This document shows, in pieces, positions 17,700 to 25,919 of a DNA stretch of 64,000 bases. The first letter of the stretch is position 1; every line of letters starts with the position of its first letter. The notes beneath the pieces were generated by a model. It was not told the origin of the DNA, searched no databases, and was given only the letters and a program-made list of their open reading frames with translations. This DNA comes from Bacillota bacterium (GTDB taxonomy: Bacteria > Bacillota > Limnochordia > DTU087 > JAAYGB01). The position numbers and the translations under genes are program-made. The DNA is taken from contig JAAYGB010000008.1 in assembly GCA_012727955.1 (NCBI GenBank), positions 2,111 through 66,110 on the forward strand, written 5' to 3'.

Positions 17700-19205
17700 C
17701 TACTCCTCCTCGTCATCTTCAAAGAAAGCCTTCAGCGATGACAAATCATGGAGCACCGTACCCTTGTTCTCCTCCTTGGCCGCCTTCCTATCCTTGTCGG
17801 CCTTTTCCTGCTGCTTGCGGGCAGCCTGTTCCTGTTGTGCTTTCAGCAATCTCAACTTGAAGGCTTCAATTCGATCTAAGCCGCTGTAATCGATCTCCTC
17901 AAGCCTTTGACTGACCGGAGGCTCCTCGTCTTCAGGCTCTTCGGTGTCTGGCTCTACAGTTTCTATCTCCTCTACGTCATCTATATCTTCAGTTTCCGGC
18001 TCCCGAACCTTCTCCCCAACCTCTTCCCAACTATCTTCCACGGCCGGGGATTCTGCCTCAACTGCCTCTTCTTCTGTCGCTTCCCACTGGGCATCGGAAC
18101 CCGCTGCCACCGGCTCCTCGTCCTCTTCTTCGGGGACTGCCCTTTGGAAAGCCTCTTCCGCAATGATCTGCGCCATCTGCTCTTCGCTCTTAATGTCGAT
18201 TCTCCATCCAGTCAGTCGAGCAGCCAAGCGGGCGTTTTGCCCCTCCTTACCGATAGAAAGCGATAGCTGATTGTCGGGAACCACCACTCGAGCGCTCTTG
18301 CCTTCTTCATCGACAATAACCCGATTTACCCGAGCGGGACTAAGGGCATTGGCAACGTATTCTTCAGGATTGTCGCTATAAGCAATAATATCTACCTTTT
18401 CGCCCTTGAGTTCTTTGACCACTGCCTGGACCCGAACGCCCCGGGGGCCAACACAAGCTCCCACGGGGTCAACGTTTTCCGAATGGGACATCACGGAGAT
18501 CTTCGATCTGACTCCCGCTTCTCGGGCGACTCCCATAATCTCCACGACACCGGAGTAGATCTCCGGCACCTCCAACTCGAACAAGCGAGCCAGAAGCATG
18601 GGATGGGTTCGGGAGATAATCACCTGGGGTCCCTTAGTGTGTTCCTTGACATCCACAATGTACAGCTTCAGCCTAGTTCCTGGGGAATAATCATCACCGG
18701 GCATTTGATCACCGGGAGGAAGCACAGCCTCGACCTTGCCCAGTTCAACCATCACATTGCGATGCTCTCTGCGGGAGACCACGCCCGTTACGATATCTCC
18801 AACCCGATTGGAGTACTCCTCATACACCAAAGCTCTTTCCGCTTCGCGGATCCGCTGAATTACAACCTGCTTTGCAGTCTGTGCCGCGATCCGGCCAAAA
18901 TCACGGGGGGTAACCTCCACCTCCACGGAGTCATCCAACTCAAGACTGGGATCTATATCCCTGGCATCCTCGAGACTAATCTCTTCAGCCCGGTTTTCCA
19001 CGGTCTCGACCACTCGCTTATACGCATACACCTTAATGTTGCCAGTCCGCTCATCGATGCTGACACTGACATTCTGGCCATTGGCCCCATAATCTCTCTT
19101 ATAAGCGGACACGATGGCAAACTCAATGGCCTCCAATAGGATGTCCTTGGATATACCCCTCTCTTTTTCTAACTCCTCGAGAGCACCCACCAACTCTAAG
19201 TTCAT
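17700..19205 (-). CDS. nusA: Transcription termination/antitermination factor NusA with a ~150-aa acidic and Lys/Gln-rich C-terminal extension
   Basis: ORF 17700..19337. The family-typical N-terminus MNLELVGALEELEKERGISKD begins at 19205. It has an S1 domain (GDIVTGVVSRRE) and KH domains (ACVGPRGVRVQAVVKELKGEKVDII, IGKEGQNARLAARLTGWRIDI). Confidence 0.95.
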   Translation of the reverse strand: MNLELVGALEELEKERGISKDILLEAIEFAIVSAYKRDYGANGQNVSVSIDERTGNIKVYAYKRVVETVENRAEEISLEDARDIDPSLELDDSVEVEVTPRDFGRIAAQTAKQVVIQRIREAERALVYEEYSNRVGDIVTGVVSRREHRNVMVELGKVEAVLPPGDQMPGDDYSPGTRLKLYIVDVKEHTKGPQVIISRTHPMLLARLFELEVPEIYSGVVEIMGVAREAGVRSKISVMSHSENVDPVGACVGPRGVRVQAVVKELKGEKVDIIAYSDNPEEYVANALSPARVNRVIVDEEGKSARVVVPDNQLSLSIGKEGQNARLAARLTGWRIDIKSEEQMAQIIAEEAFQRAVPEEEDEEPVAAGSDAQWEATEEEAVEAESPAVEDSWEEVGEKVREPETEDIDDVEEIETVEPDTEEPEDEEPPVSQRLEEIDYSGLDRIEAFKLRLLKAQQEQAARKQQEKADKDRKAAKEENKGTVLHDLSSLKAFFEDDEEE

Positions 19206-19245
19206 TTTTTTCAGCTGCCCCTCCCAAAGTGCCTTGGTGTTCTGA

Positions 19246-19710
19246 TCAAAATTCCACGGCCAAACGTGCCGAAGCCACTTGTTCCTTTGGAACTTCAAGG
19301 ATTCCCGTGTCTGTCTCAAGCTGAATCTTGCCGTCAACTAGCCTCAATAGCTTACCCTGCCATTGCTTGCGCCCCTGATAGGGAGCATAGGTAGCCACAG
19401 CAACCAGCTTCCCAGCGAATCGGACAAAATCCCCGTCGGACTTGAGCGGGCGCTCCAGTCCTGGAGAAGACACCTCTAACAGATAAGAACCAGGAATCGG
19501 ATCCACTACATCCAGTTCCTCACCCAGCTTGCGGCTGACGGCCTCACAATCTTCGATGTCGATTCCTTCGGGTTTGTCGATAAACACCCGCAGTACCCAA
19601 TCTTGTCCTTCCTTGACATATTCAACATCAACCAACTCTAGCGTTGGAAACTGTGATATCACAGCGCTGGCAATTTCTGTGACCTGTTCCTGTATCTCCC
19701 GTTTTCCCAT
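19246..19710 (-). CDS. rimP: Ribosome maturation factor RimP
   Basis: ORF 19246..19779. LELVDVEYVKEGQDWVLRVFIDKPEGIDIEDCEAVSRKL...LEVSSPGLERPL. The ATG at 19710 is preceded by GGGAGGAG at a 7-nt spacing. Confidence 0.9.
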   Translation of the reverse strand: MGKREIQEQVTEIASAVISQFPTLELVDVEYVKEGQDWVLRVFIDKPEGIDIEDCEAVSRKLGEELDVVDPIPGSYLLEVSSPGLERPLKSDGDFVRFAGKLVAVATYAPYQGRKQWQGKLLRLVDGKIQLETDTGILEVPKEQVASARLAVEF

Positions 19711-19808
19711 TAGAAGTCTCCTCCCATTTTCCTGAATAGCTGTTAATACCAGTCTCTTGCTAGTGTTGGTCATCCCCAACCGCCTTATGCCCCAGAGGAA
19801 AACCGGCT

Positions 19809-19840
19809 GACAAGACGAAAGAGTGGGAAATACCCACTCT
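19809..19840 (-). promoter_or_regulatory. Terminator-like hairpin in the rimP-nusA leader (candidate attenuator, or a weak polC terminator)
   Basis: The minus strand reads AGAGTGGGtatttCCCACTCTTTCGTCTTGTC: an 8-bp stem (19820-19827 pairs with 19833-19840) followed by an interrupted U-tract. It lies downstream of the candidate promoter at 19872-19900 and upstream of rimP. Confidence 0.45.
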
Positions 19841-19871
19841 CCGCGGCAAAAACTGCAATTTCTTCAAGAAC

Positions 19872-19900
19872 AGTATAACACTTTGACTGATTATTGGCAA
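19872..19900 (-). promoter_or_regulatory. Candidate sigma-A promoter for the rimP-nusA-infB operon
   Basis: The minus strand has TTGCCA (19900-19895), a 17-nt spacer ending in TGT (extended -10), then TATACT (19877-19872). Confidence 0.55.
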
Positions 19901-19919
19901 GGATGCCAGCATGGGCTAG

Positions 19920-22900
19920 CTAGAAGAGAGAGATCTGCGCGCTTTCGGGCAAGCCATCCAGGGCGCCGCTATCCCGCAAAGCCTCAACCACCGGTTTGGT
20001 AACTCCGCTGCGAGCCTGCAGATCCTCCACCGAGGTGAACTCACCCTCTGCCGCTGCTTTGGCCAAGGCCGCCGCAGCGTTCACGCCTACTCCTGCCAGC
20101 CCACCCAAGGGCAGCAGCAGGCCGTCCCCCTTAATTAGGAAGCGATAGGGATCGGACTGATATAAATCCACAGGGAAAAACTTCACATTCCGCATCTTCG
20201 CCTCAACCAAAACCTCACAGACCGTCATCGTGTTCTTCTCCTTGGCCGTGGCATCATTTCCCTTGCTTTGAATCTTGTTGATCATCTGGCGCAGTTCTTC
20301 CACAGACCGCAAGGCTAAACTGGCATCAAAGTCAGCCCGGACGGTAAAGTAAGTGGCATAGTAGGCCAAGGGATGATGCACCTTAAAATAGGCAATCCGA
20401 AAGGCCATGATTACATAGGCCACCGCGTGGGCCTTGGGAAACAGGTAACTGATCTTTTCACAGGAATCAATATACCAACTTGGAGTATTCACCTGGCGCA
20501 TCAGTACCTTGTCTTCTTCCTTCAACCCTCTACCCTTTCGCACCTGTTCCATAATCCGGAAGGCATGGCCTGGCTCCATCCCCAGCTGAATTAGGTAATT
20601 CATGATATCATCTCGGGTGGCGATGGCTTCCCGGGCTGTGCAAATCCCTGAGGCAATTAACTCCTGAGCGTTATTGGTCCACACATTGGTTCCATGGGAA
20701 AAACCACTGATCCGAACCAATTCACCAAAGGTGGTAGGCCGAATCTCCTCCAGCATCCGGCGAACAAACCCCGTACCGAATTCTGGAATGCCCAAGCTGC
20801 CTACGGAGGTACCGATGTCCTCTGGGCTCACCTGCAGACTCTCGGTGTTGGAGAATAAAGCCATCGTCTTGGGATCATCCAGGGGAATCTTTCTGACATC
20901 AACCCCCGTCAAATCCTGTAACATGCGCAAGGACGTGGGATCATCGTGCCCGAGAATGTCCAATTTTACCAGCTGATCCTGAATAGCATTGTAATCAAAG
21001 TGGGTGGTTATCACTCCACTGCTGGGGTCATTGGCCGGATACTGAATCGGTGTGAATTCAAAGATATCACGGTCACTGGGAACCACCATCATCCCTCCGG
21101 GATGCTGCCCGGTAGTCCGCCGCACTCCGGTGCATCCCTGAACTAGGCGCTCCACCTCCGCGGACCGAATCCTTTGGCCTTTGCTCTCAAAGTACTTGCG
21201 AACAAAGCCGTAGGCGGTCTTGTCAGCCAAGGTCCCGATGGTCCCTGCCCGATATACGTATTCCCGCCCAAACAACTCCTCGCAGTATTTGTGCACCGTC
21301 GGTTGATACTCACCGGAGAAGTTCAGGTCAATGTCGGGAACCTTGTCCCCGTGAAAGCCCAAGAATACTTCAAAGGGAATATTAAATCCATCCTTGTTCA
21401 GGGGCTGTCCACAGCGGGGACAATCCCTATCCGGCAGATCGGGGCCCGTCGCCCAGGAGCCATCGGTGATGAACTCCGAGAATTTACACTCAGGACATAC
21501 ATAGTGGGGTGGGAGGGGATTCACCTCGGTGATCTGACACATCGTTGCCACCAGCGAAGAACCCACGGAACCCCGAGACCCAACGAGATACCCATCGCTC
21601 AAGGATTTCTTCACTAACTTGTGGGCGATGTAATACAGAACCGCAAATCCATGGCCCAAGATCGATGAAAGCTCCTTGTCCAAGCGCTTAGCCACAATCT
21701 CCGGCAATTCCTCGCCGTAGATTTGCCGCGCCTGGCTATAGGTCATCTCCTTGACCTTTTCTTCAGCGCCCTCCAGCACCGGGGCATGCAGTCCGTCGGG
21801 GACCGGCTGCATTTCCTCAATCTGATCGGAAATCTGGCGGGGAGCATCGACCACTACCCACTTTGCCCTGTCTTCTCCAAGATAAGAAAACTCATCAAGC
21901 ATCTCTTCGGTAGTACGGAAGTATAATTCCGGCTGGTTGTCCGCGTCGGAGTACCCTTGTCCTGCCATCAAGATGCGGCGATAAACTTCATCCTGGGGTT
22001 CCAGAAAGTGAACATCACCGGTGGCAACTACGGGTTTTCCCAGCTTTTGACCCAACTCCACGATGCGCCGATTCAGATTCTTTAGATCCTCTCGGCTCTC
22101 CACGGCAGTTCCGATGAGAAACTGGTTGTTGGACAGCGGCTGGATTTCTAGGTAATCATAGAAGGACGCAATCTGGGAAAGTTTGGTCTCATCAGCATTG
22201 TCCAGCAAGGCCCGAAACAATTCCCCAGACTCACAAGCCGAACCAATAATCAATCCTTCCCGATGCTTGATAATCTCTTCTCTTGGCAGCTTAGGACGAC
22301 GATAGAAATACTGTAGATGAGACAGAGAAACCAACCGATAGAGGTTCTTCAGTCCCGTGTAATTCTTCGCCAAGATAACAATATGATAAGATCGCGCCTT
22401 AGGGTCATCGCCATCGATGAGATAACCCTCCAGACCGTAGATCACCTTGATCCCATGCTTCTTCCCCGCGGCCCAGGCATCGGGATAGGCCTGCACAACT
22501 CCATGATCGGTAATAGCAATGGCTGGATGCCCCCACGAGGCTGCGATCTTAATCGCTTCAGCTACGTTTACCGTGGCATCCATCGCACTCATCTTGGTGT
22601 GTAGATGTAACTCGACTCGCTTTTCCGGCGCCCCGTCAACCCGCACCGGCTTGTCAACCTCAACGATATCTCGAGCTAATACCGTCAGCTCTTGACTAAA
22701 GCGATCTAGCTGCACACCGCCCCTCACCTTCACCCACATCCCACTGCGAAGGGCATCGGCCAGCTGCGAATCCTCGGAAAAGACCTTAACCTCGATGGAA
22801 TCCTGCCAATCCGAGACAATGAAGGAGATAATGTACCGGCCGGCTCTCGTCTCCCTGACATCGATTTTGATGACTTCGCCTTGAATAACGATGCTTCTTT

Positions 22901-23459
22901 CCTCATCATCAATGGTGGCGATGGAGACCGGGGTGTCGGCAATCCCTCGTCCCAGCAAGGCCGAACCTTTCCGAGGCTTGCCTTTACTGGCCTGGCCATT
23001 ACTGGCGGTGGAAGCAGCCTGCCCATTTCGGAGGTGATCAGCATGGCTGACCACAAGATTCATGTAATCGTCCTCATCGACAGTTAGGTACGGGGATTGA
23101 GGCTCTGGGCTAATTGACTGCGATTGCGCCTGCTTCTGATCGGAGGTAGTGTCTTGATCTGAATCAATCACGACATCGACCTGAGGTGCCACTTCCGGGG
23201 CAAAACCCTCTCGCCGGCATATCTCTGCGACTCTTTCCCGGAACCAAACTACCAGTTGTCGGTGACCGGAATCTGCTATCGCCCTATCCCCCGATAAGTA
23301 TACCCGCAGGGTCTGAGTCTTGGTACAGACCTCAACCCGTTCTACCGCCAGCTGAGCTAACTCTGCAGGGATAGCACCGGCGTCCTGGTTCTTCAAGGCC
23401 AAACTGCCGACGGTTCTGCACTCTGCAGAAGGCTCAATTGTGTATAGTGCCATTACCAT
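19920..23459 (-). CDS. polC: PolC-type DNA polymerase III alpha subunit lacking the intra-PHP 3'-5' exonuclease domain
   Basis: 1179 aa. PolC hallmarks: an OB-fold region, PHP (VELHLHTKMSAMDA, AITDHGVVQAYP), GSRGSVGSSLVA, a Zn-finger (CPECK...CPRCG), KVPDIDLNFSGEYQ, and the C-terminal ...QISLF. Between GLEGYLIDGDD and YHIVILAKNYTGLKNLYRLVSLSH there are only about 7 residues. Canonical PolC carries a ~200-aa DEDDh exonuclease there. Confidence 0.9.
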   Translation of the reverse strand: MVMALYTIEPSAECRTVGSLALKNQDAGAIPAELAQLAVERVEVCTKTQTLRVYLSGDRAIADSGHRQLVVWFRERVAEICRREGFAPEVAPQVDVVIDSDQDTTSDQKQAQSQSISPEPQSPYLTVDEDDYMNLVVSHADHLRNGQAASTASNGQASKGKPRKGSALLGRGIADTPVSIATIDDEERSIVIQGEVIKIDVRETRAGRYIISFIVSDWQDSIEVKVFSEDSQLADALRSGMWVKVRGGVQLDRFSQELTVLARDIVEVDKPVRVDGAPEKRVELHLHTKMSAMDATVNVAEAIKIAASWGHPAIAITDHGVVQAYPDAWAAGKKHGIKVIYGLEGYLIDGDDPKARSYHIVILAKNYTGLKNLYRLVSLSHLQYFYRRPKLPREEIIKHREGLIIGSACESGELFRALLDNADETKLSQIASFYDYLEIQPLSNNQFLIGTAVESREDLKNLNRRIVELGQKLGKPVVATGDVHFLEPQDEVYRRILMAGQGYSDADNQPELYFRTTEEMLDEFSYLGEDRAKWVVVDAPRQISDQIEEMQPVPDGLHAPVLEGAEEKVKEMTYSQARQIYGEELPEIVAKRLDKELSSILGHGFAVLYYIAHKLVKKSLSDGYLVGSRGSVGSSLVATMCQITEVNPLPPHYVCPECKFSEFITDGSWATGPDLPDRDCPRCGQPLNKDGFNIPFEVFLGFHGDKVPDIDLNFSGEYQPTVHKYCEELFGREYVYRAGTIGTLADKTAYGFVRKYFESKGQRIRSAEVERLVQGCTGVRRTTGQHPGGMMVVPSDRDIFEFTPIQYPANDPSSGVITTHFDYNAIQDQLVKLDILGHDDPTSLRMLQDLTGVDVRKIPLDDPKTMALFSNTESLQVSPEDIGTSVGSLGIPEFGTGFVRRMLEEIRPTTFGELVRISGFSHGTNVWTNNAQELIASGICTAREAIATRDDIMNYLIQLGMEPGHAFRIMEQVRKGRGLKEEDKVLMRQVNTPSWYIDSCEKISYLFPKAHAVAYVIMAFRIAYFKVHHPLAYYATYFTVRADFDASLALRSVEELRQMINKIQSKGNDATAKEKNTMTVCEVLVEAKMRNVKFFPVDLYQSDPYRFLIKGDGLLLPLGGLAGVGVNAAAALAKAAAEGEFTSVEDLQARSGVTKPVVEALRDSGALDGLPESAQISLF

Positions 23460-23496
23460 CTAACTCCTGTACAATGCAATTCCTTATCACCGGTAG

Positions 23497-24126
23497 CTAT
23501 GGCCTAAGGGAGCGCATGATTTCCCAATACATGCGGAGACGCTGGGCACTGCCCTGAACAAACCCCAGCTTCTCTTCCTTAATGACATGACTGACATCTA
23601 ACAACCCAACACGTTTTTGCGGCAGGTTGTGCCGCTTCACATAACGTGAAATAGCTACTTCAACGCCGTATCCTGCATCTTCTAGATTCTCACAGTTGTC
23701 CATGATTTCCCGGATCATTGCCCTTTGTCCCGACAGAGACGGTGTCACCTTTTGGGCCAAATCCGTTAGCCAACGCCCATCGGTAAATACCCCATAGGTC
23801 ATGGCAACTTCCTGCTTCAGAACGGGTTCCAATAGTGCAATTACATGCTCTGGCTTCAGGCCAATCAGGTCAGCATCGAAGTACACCAATACCTCTGCAT
23901 CGGTACTACGTGCTCCCTTGAGCATCGCATAGGCCTTACCGCGATTTTCCGGGAGGTCGATCACTCTTACACCGGGAATCGAGGCTGCAATTTCCGAAGT
24001 CCGATCGGTGGATCCGTCATTCACCAAGATGACTTCATCGATCTCAGGAACAGTCACCAGCACTTCGAGAACCTTCGCAACGGTACTCTCTTCGTTATAG
24101 GCCGGTACAATAGCCGCAGCCCGCAT
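23497..24126 (-). CDS. Glycosyltransferase family 2 (GT-A catalytic domain only, 209 aa)
   Basis: AAIVPAYNEESTVAKVLE...VILVNDGSTDRT...FDADL shows the typical GT2 N-terminal and DxD motifs. No TM segment is obvious. Confidence 0.8.
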   Translation of the reverse strand: MRAAAIVPAYNEESTVAKVLEVLVTVPEIDEVILVNDGSTDRTSEIAASIPGVRVIDLPENRGKAYAMLKGARSTDAEVLVYFDADLIGLKPEHVIALLEPVLKQEVAMTYGVFTDGRWLTDLAQKVTPSLSGQRAMIREIMDNCENLEDAGYGVEVAISRYVKRHNLPQKRVGLLDVSHVIKEEKLGFVQGSAQRLRMYWEIMRSLRP

Positions 24127-24145
24127 CTAACCTCTCCCTCCTCAC

Positions 24146-25861
24146 CTATCTCGCAGTATGTACTATTTCGGAAACCTTATCAATCACCGCCGAGAGCTCA
24201 ACTAGCTCCGCCTTCTCCTCCCAACGCAGCTTGAATTCAACTTTTCCATCCTTAACACTCCGGCCAACTACAATTCTGATGGGAATGCCGATCAGGTCAG
24301 CATCCTTGAACTTGACGCCAGGCCGCTCATCGCGATCATCTAAAATCACTTCTATGCCCAGCTCTTGCATTCTTTGATACAATTCTTCCGCGGTGGTTTT
24401 CTGCTCAGCGTCCTTCCAGTTGACAGGAACCACAATCACATGATAGGGCGCAATGCTGACGGGCCAGATGATGCCATCATCATCGTGGTGTTTCTCGATC
24501 ACCGCAGCCAGCGTTCGGCTGACCCCGATTCCGTAACAGCCCATCACCAGCGGCTGTTCCTTTCCAGATTCATCGAGATAGGTGGCATTCATCGCTTGAC
24601 TGTACTTGGTTCCCAGCTTGAACACCTGGCCAACCTCTATTCCCGGAGCCACCGACAGCGGTGCATTACACTTGGGGCAGGGATCTCCGGCGGTAACCAT
24701 CCGAATATCGGCAACTTCCACCTGAGGAAAATCTCTCCAGGGCTCAACACCAACATAGTGCTGGTCAAGGCTGTTGGCACCACAGACAGCATCCCGCAGC
24801 TCCATCACCTCGCGGTCCACGATTACCGGGATCTCCTCTGGGAGATTGATGGGGCCACCGAATCCTACTGGAGCACCGGTCACCTGTTCCACAACACTGC
24901 TATCGGCCAGCTCAACCTCTAACACTTCTAGGTGACGGGCTAGCTTCACCTCGTTAACCTCGTGATCCCCTCGGACAACAGCCATCACCGGCCGATCGCC
25001 AGCGATGTAAACCAGGGCCTTGATCAGGTGGGTGACAGGTACCGACAAGAAATCCGCTACCTCGGTGATAGTCCTTTTCTCGGGAGTATCCACCACCCGA
25101 GGACTGCCCTCCTCCACCACTACCTTAGGCCCAGGGGTAAAGGCACTGATCGCCTTCTCCACGTTGGCAGCATAGCCACAGTTGTCACAATGGGCGATAT
25201 CGGCTTCACCGACATCGTCGCAGATTACCATAAACTCGTGGGTATCTGTTCCCCCAATGGCGCCGGAATCCGCCTCCACCGGTCGGGCATCCAAACCACA
25301 ACGAGCAAAGATCCGCTGATACGCCTCATACATGGTCCGGTAGCTGCAATCTAAGCCGTCATAGTCCCGGTCGAAGGAATAGGCATCCTTCATGACAAAT
25401 TCCCGCCCCCGCAGCAGGCCGAACCGAGGACGAATCTCATCACGGTACTTATTTTGAATTTGATACATCACCACCGGCAGTTGTCGGTAGGAGTTAATCT
25501 CGGAGCGGACCAGGTCCGTGATCACTTCCTCGTGGGTCGGACCCAAGGCAAAGTAACGACCATGGCGATCGACTACCTTCATCATTTCATCACCGTAATC
25601 AAACCAGCGTCCCGTCTCATGCCATAGCTCCGCAGGCTGAATCACCGGAAGCATCAACTCCTGGGCGCCAGTCTTGTCCATCTCCTCTCGGATGATGTCC
25701 ATTATCTTGCGCAATGTCCGGTATCCCAAAGGTAAGTAGGTATAAATGCCGGCGGATATTCTGCGCACCAATCCCGCCCGCAATAGTAGTTGATGACTTA
25801 CTATCTCCGCTTCTGCAGGAACCTCCCGCAGGGTCGGAGCATACAGCTGGCTCATTCTCAT
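24146..25861 (-). CDS. proS: Proline--tRNA ligase (bacterial type with INS editing domain)
   Basis: ORF 24146..26095. The family N-terminus MRMSQLYAPTLREVPAEAEIVSHQLLLRAG starts at 25861 after GGGGTGA. Class-II motifs are present (RPRFGLLRGREFVMKDAYSF, GCYGIGVSR). The longer ORF would overlap ispG. Confidence 0.95.
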   Translation of the reverse strand: MRMSQLYAPTLREVPAEAEIVSHQLLLRAGLVRRISAGIYTYLPLGYRTLRKIMDIIREEMDKTGAQELMLPVIQPAELWHETGRWFDYGDEMMKVVDRHGRYFALGPTHEEVITDLVRSEINSYRQLPVVMYQIQNKYRDEIRPRFGLLRGREFVMKDAYSFDRDYDGLDCSYRTMYEAYQRIFARCGLDARPVEADSGAIGGTDTHEFMVICDDVGEADIAHCDNCGYAANVEKAISAFTPGPKVVVEEGSPRVVDTPEKRTITEVADFLSVPVTHLIKALVYIAGDRPVMAVVRGDHEVNEVKLARHLEVLEVELADSSVVEQVTGAPVGFGGPINLPEEIPVIVDREVMELRDAVCGANSLDQHYVGVEPWRDFPQVEVADIRMVTAGDPCPKCNAPLSVAPGIEVGQVFKLGTKYSQAMNATYLDESGKEQPLVMGCYGIGVSRTLAAVIEKHHDDDGIIWPVSIAPYHVIVVPVNWKDAEQKTTAEELYQRMQELGIEVILDDRDERPGVKFKDADLIGIPIRIVVGRSVKDGKVEFKLRWEEKAELVELSAVIDKVSEIVHTAR

Positions 25862-25919
25862 GTTATCACCCCAAAACCGGTCTCTCGAAAGCTTGTCCTT
25901 ATTGCATTCAAACCTATAA

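Noticed and set aside
22389-22421. The possibility that the missing PolC exonuclease domain reflects a frameshift or pseudogene.
   Set aside because: The reading frame is continuous across the junction (YGLEGYLIDGDDPKARSYHIVILAKN), with intact PHP sequence on both sides. No exonuclease motifs appear in the other frames. I therefore called it an intact gene with an unusual architecture. An assembly artefact still cannot be excluded from sequence alone.
22730-23056. Same-strand alternative-frame ORFs inside known genes. This one is 108 aa, inside polC. Others are 2040-2282, 30597-30920, 39341-39547, 51180-51368 and 57322-57630.
   Set aside because: They are overlapped completely by a longer ORF with clear family identity. 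They have no ribosome-binding site context and their composition looks like frame-shifted coding sequence.
25862-25919. A T-box riboswitch upstream of proS.
   Set aside because: Only about 58 nt separate the ispG stop from the proS start. This is far too short for a T-box leader of about 200 nt or more, and no T-box sequence (AAnnnGGGTGGnACCGCG-like) is visible.
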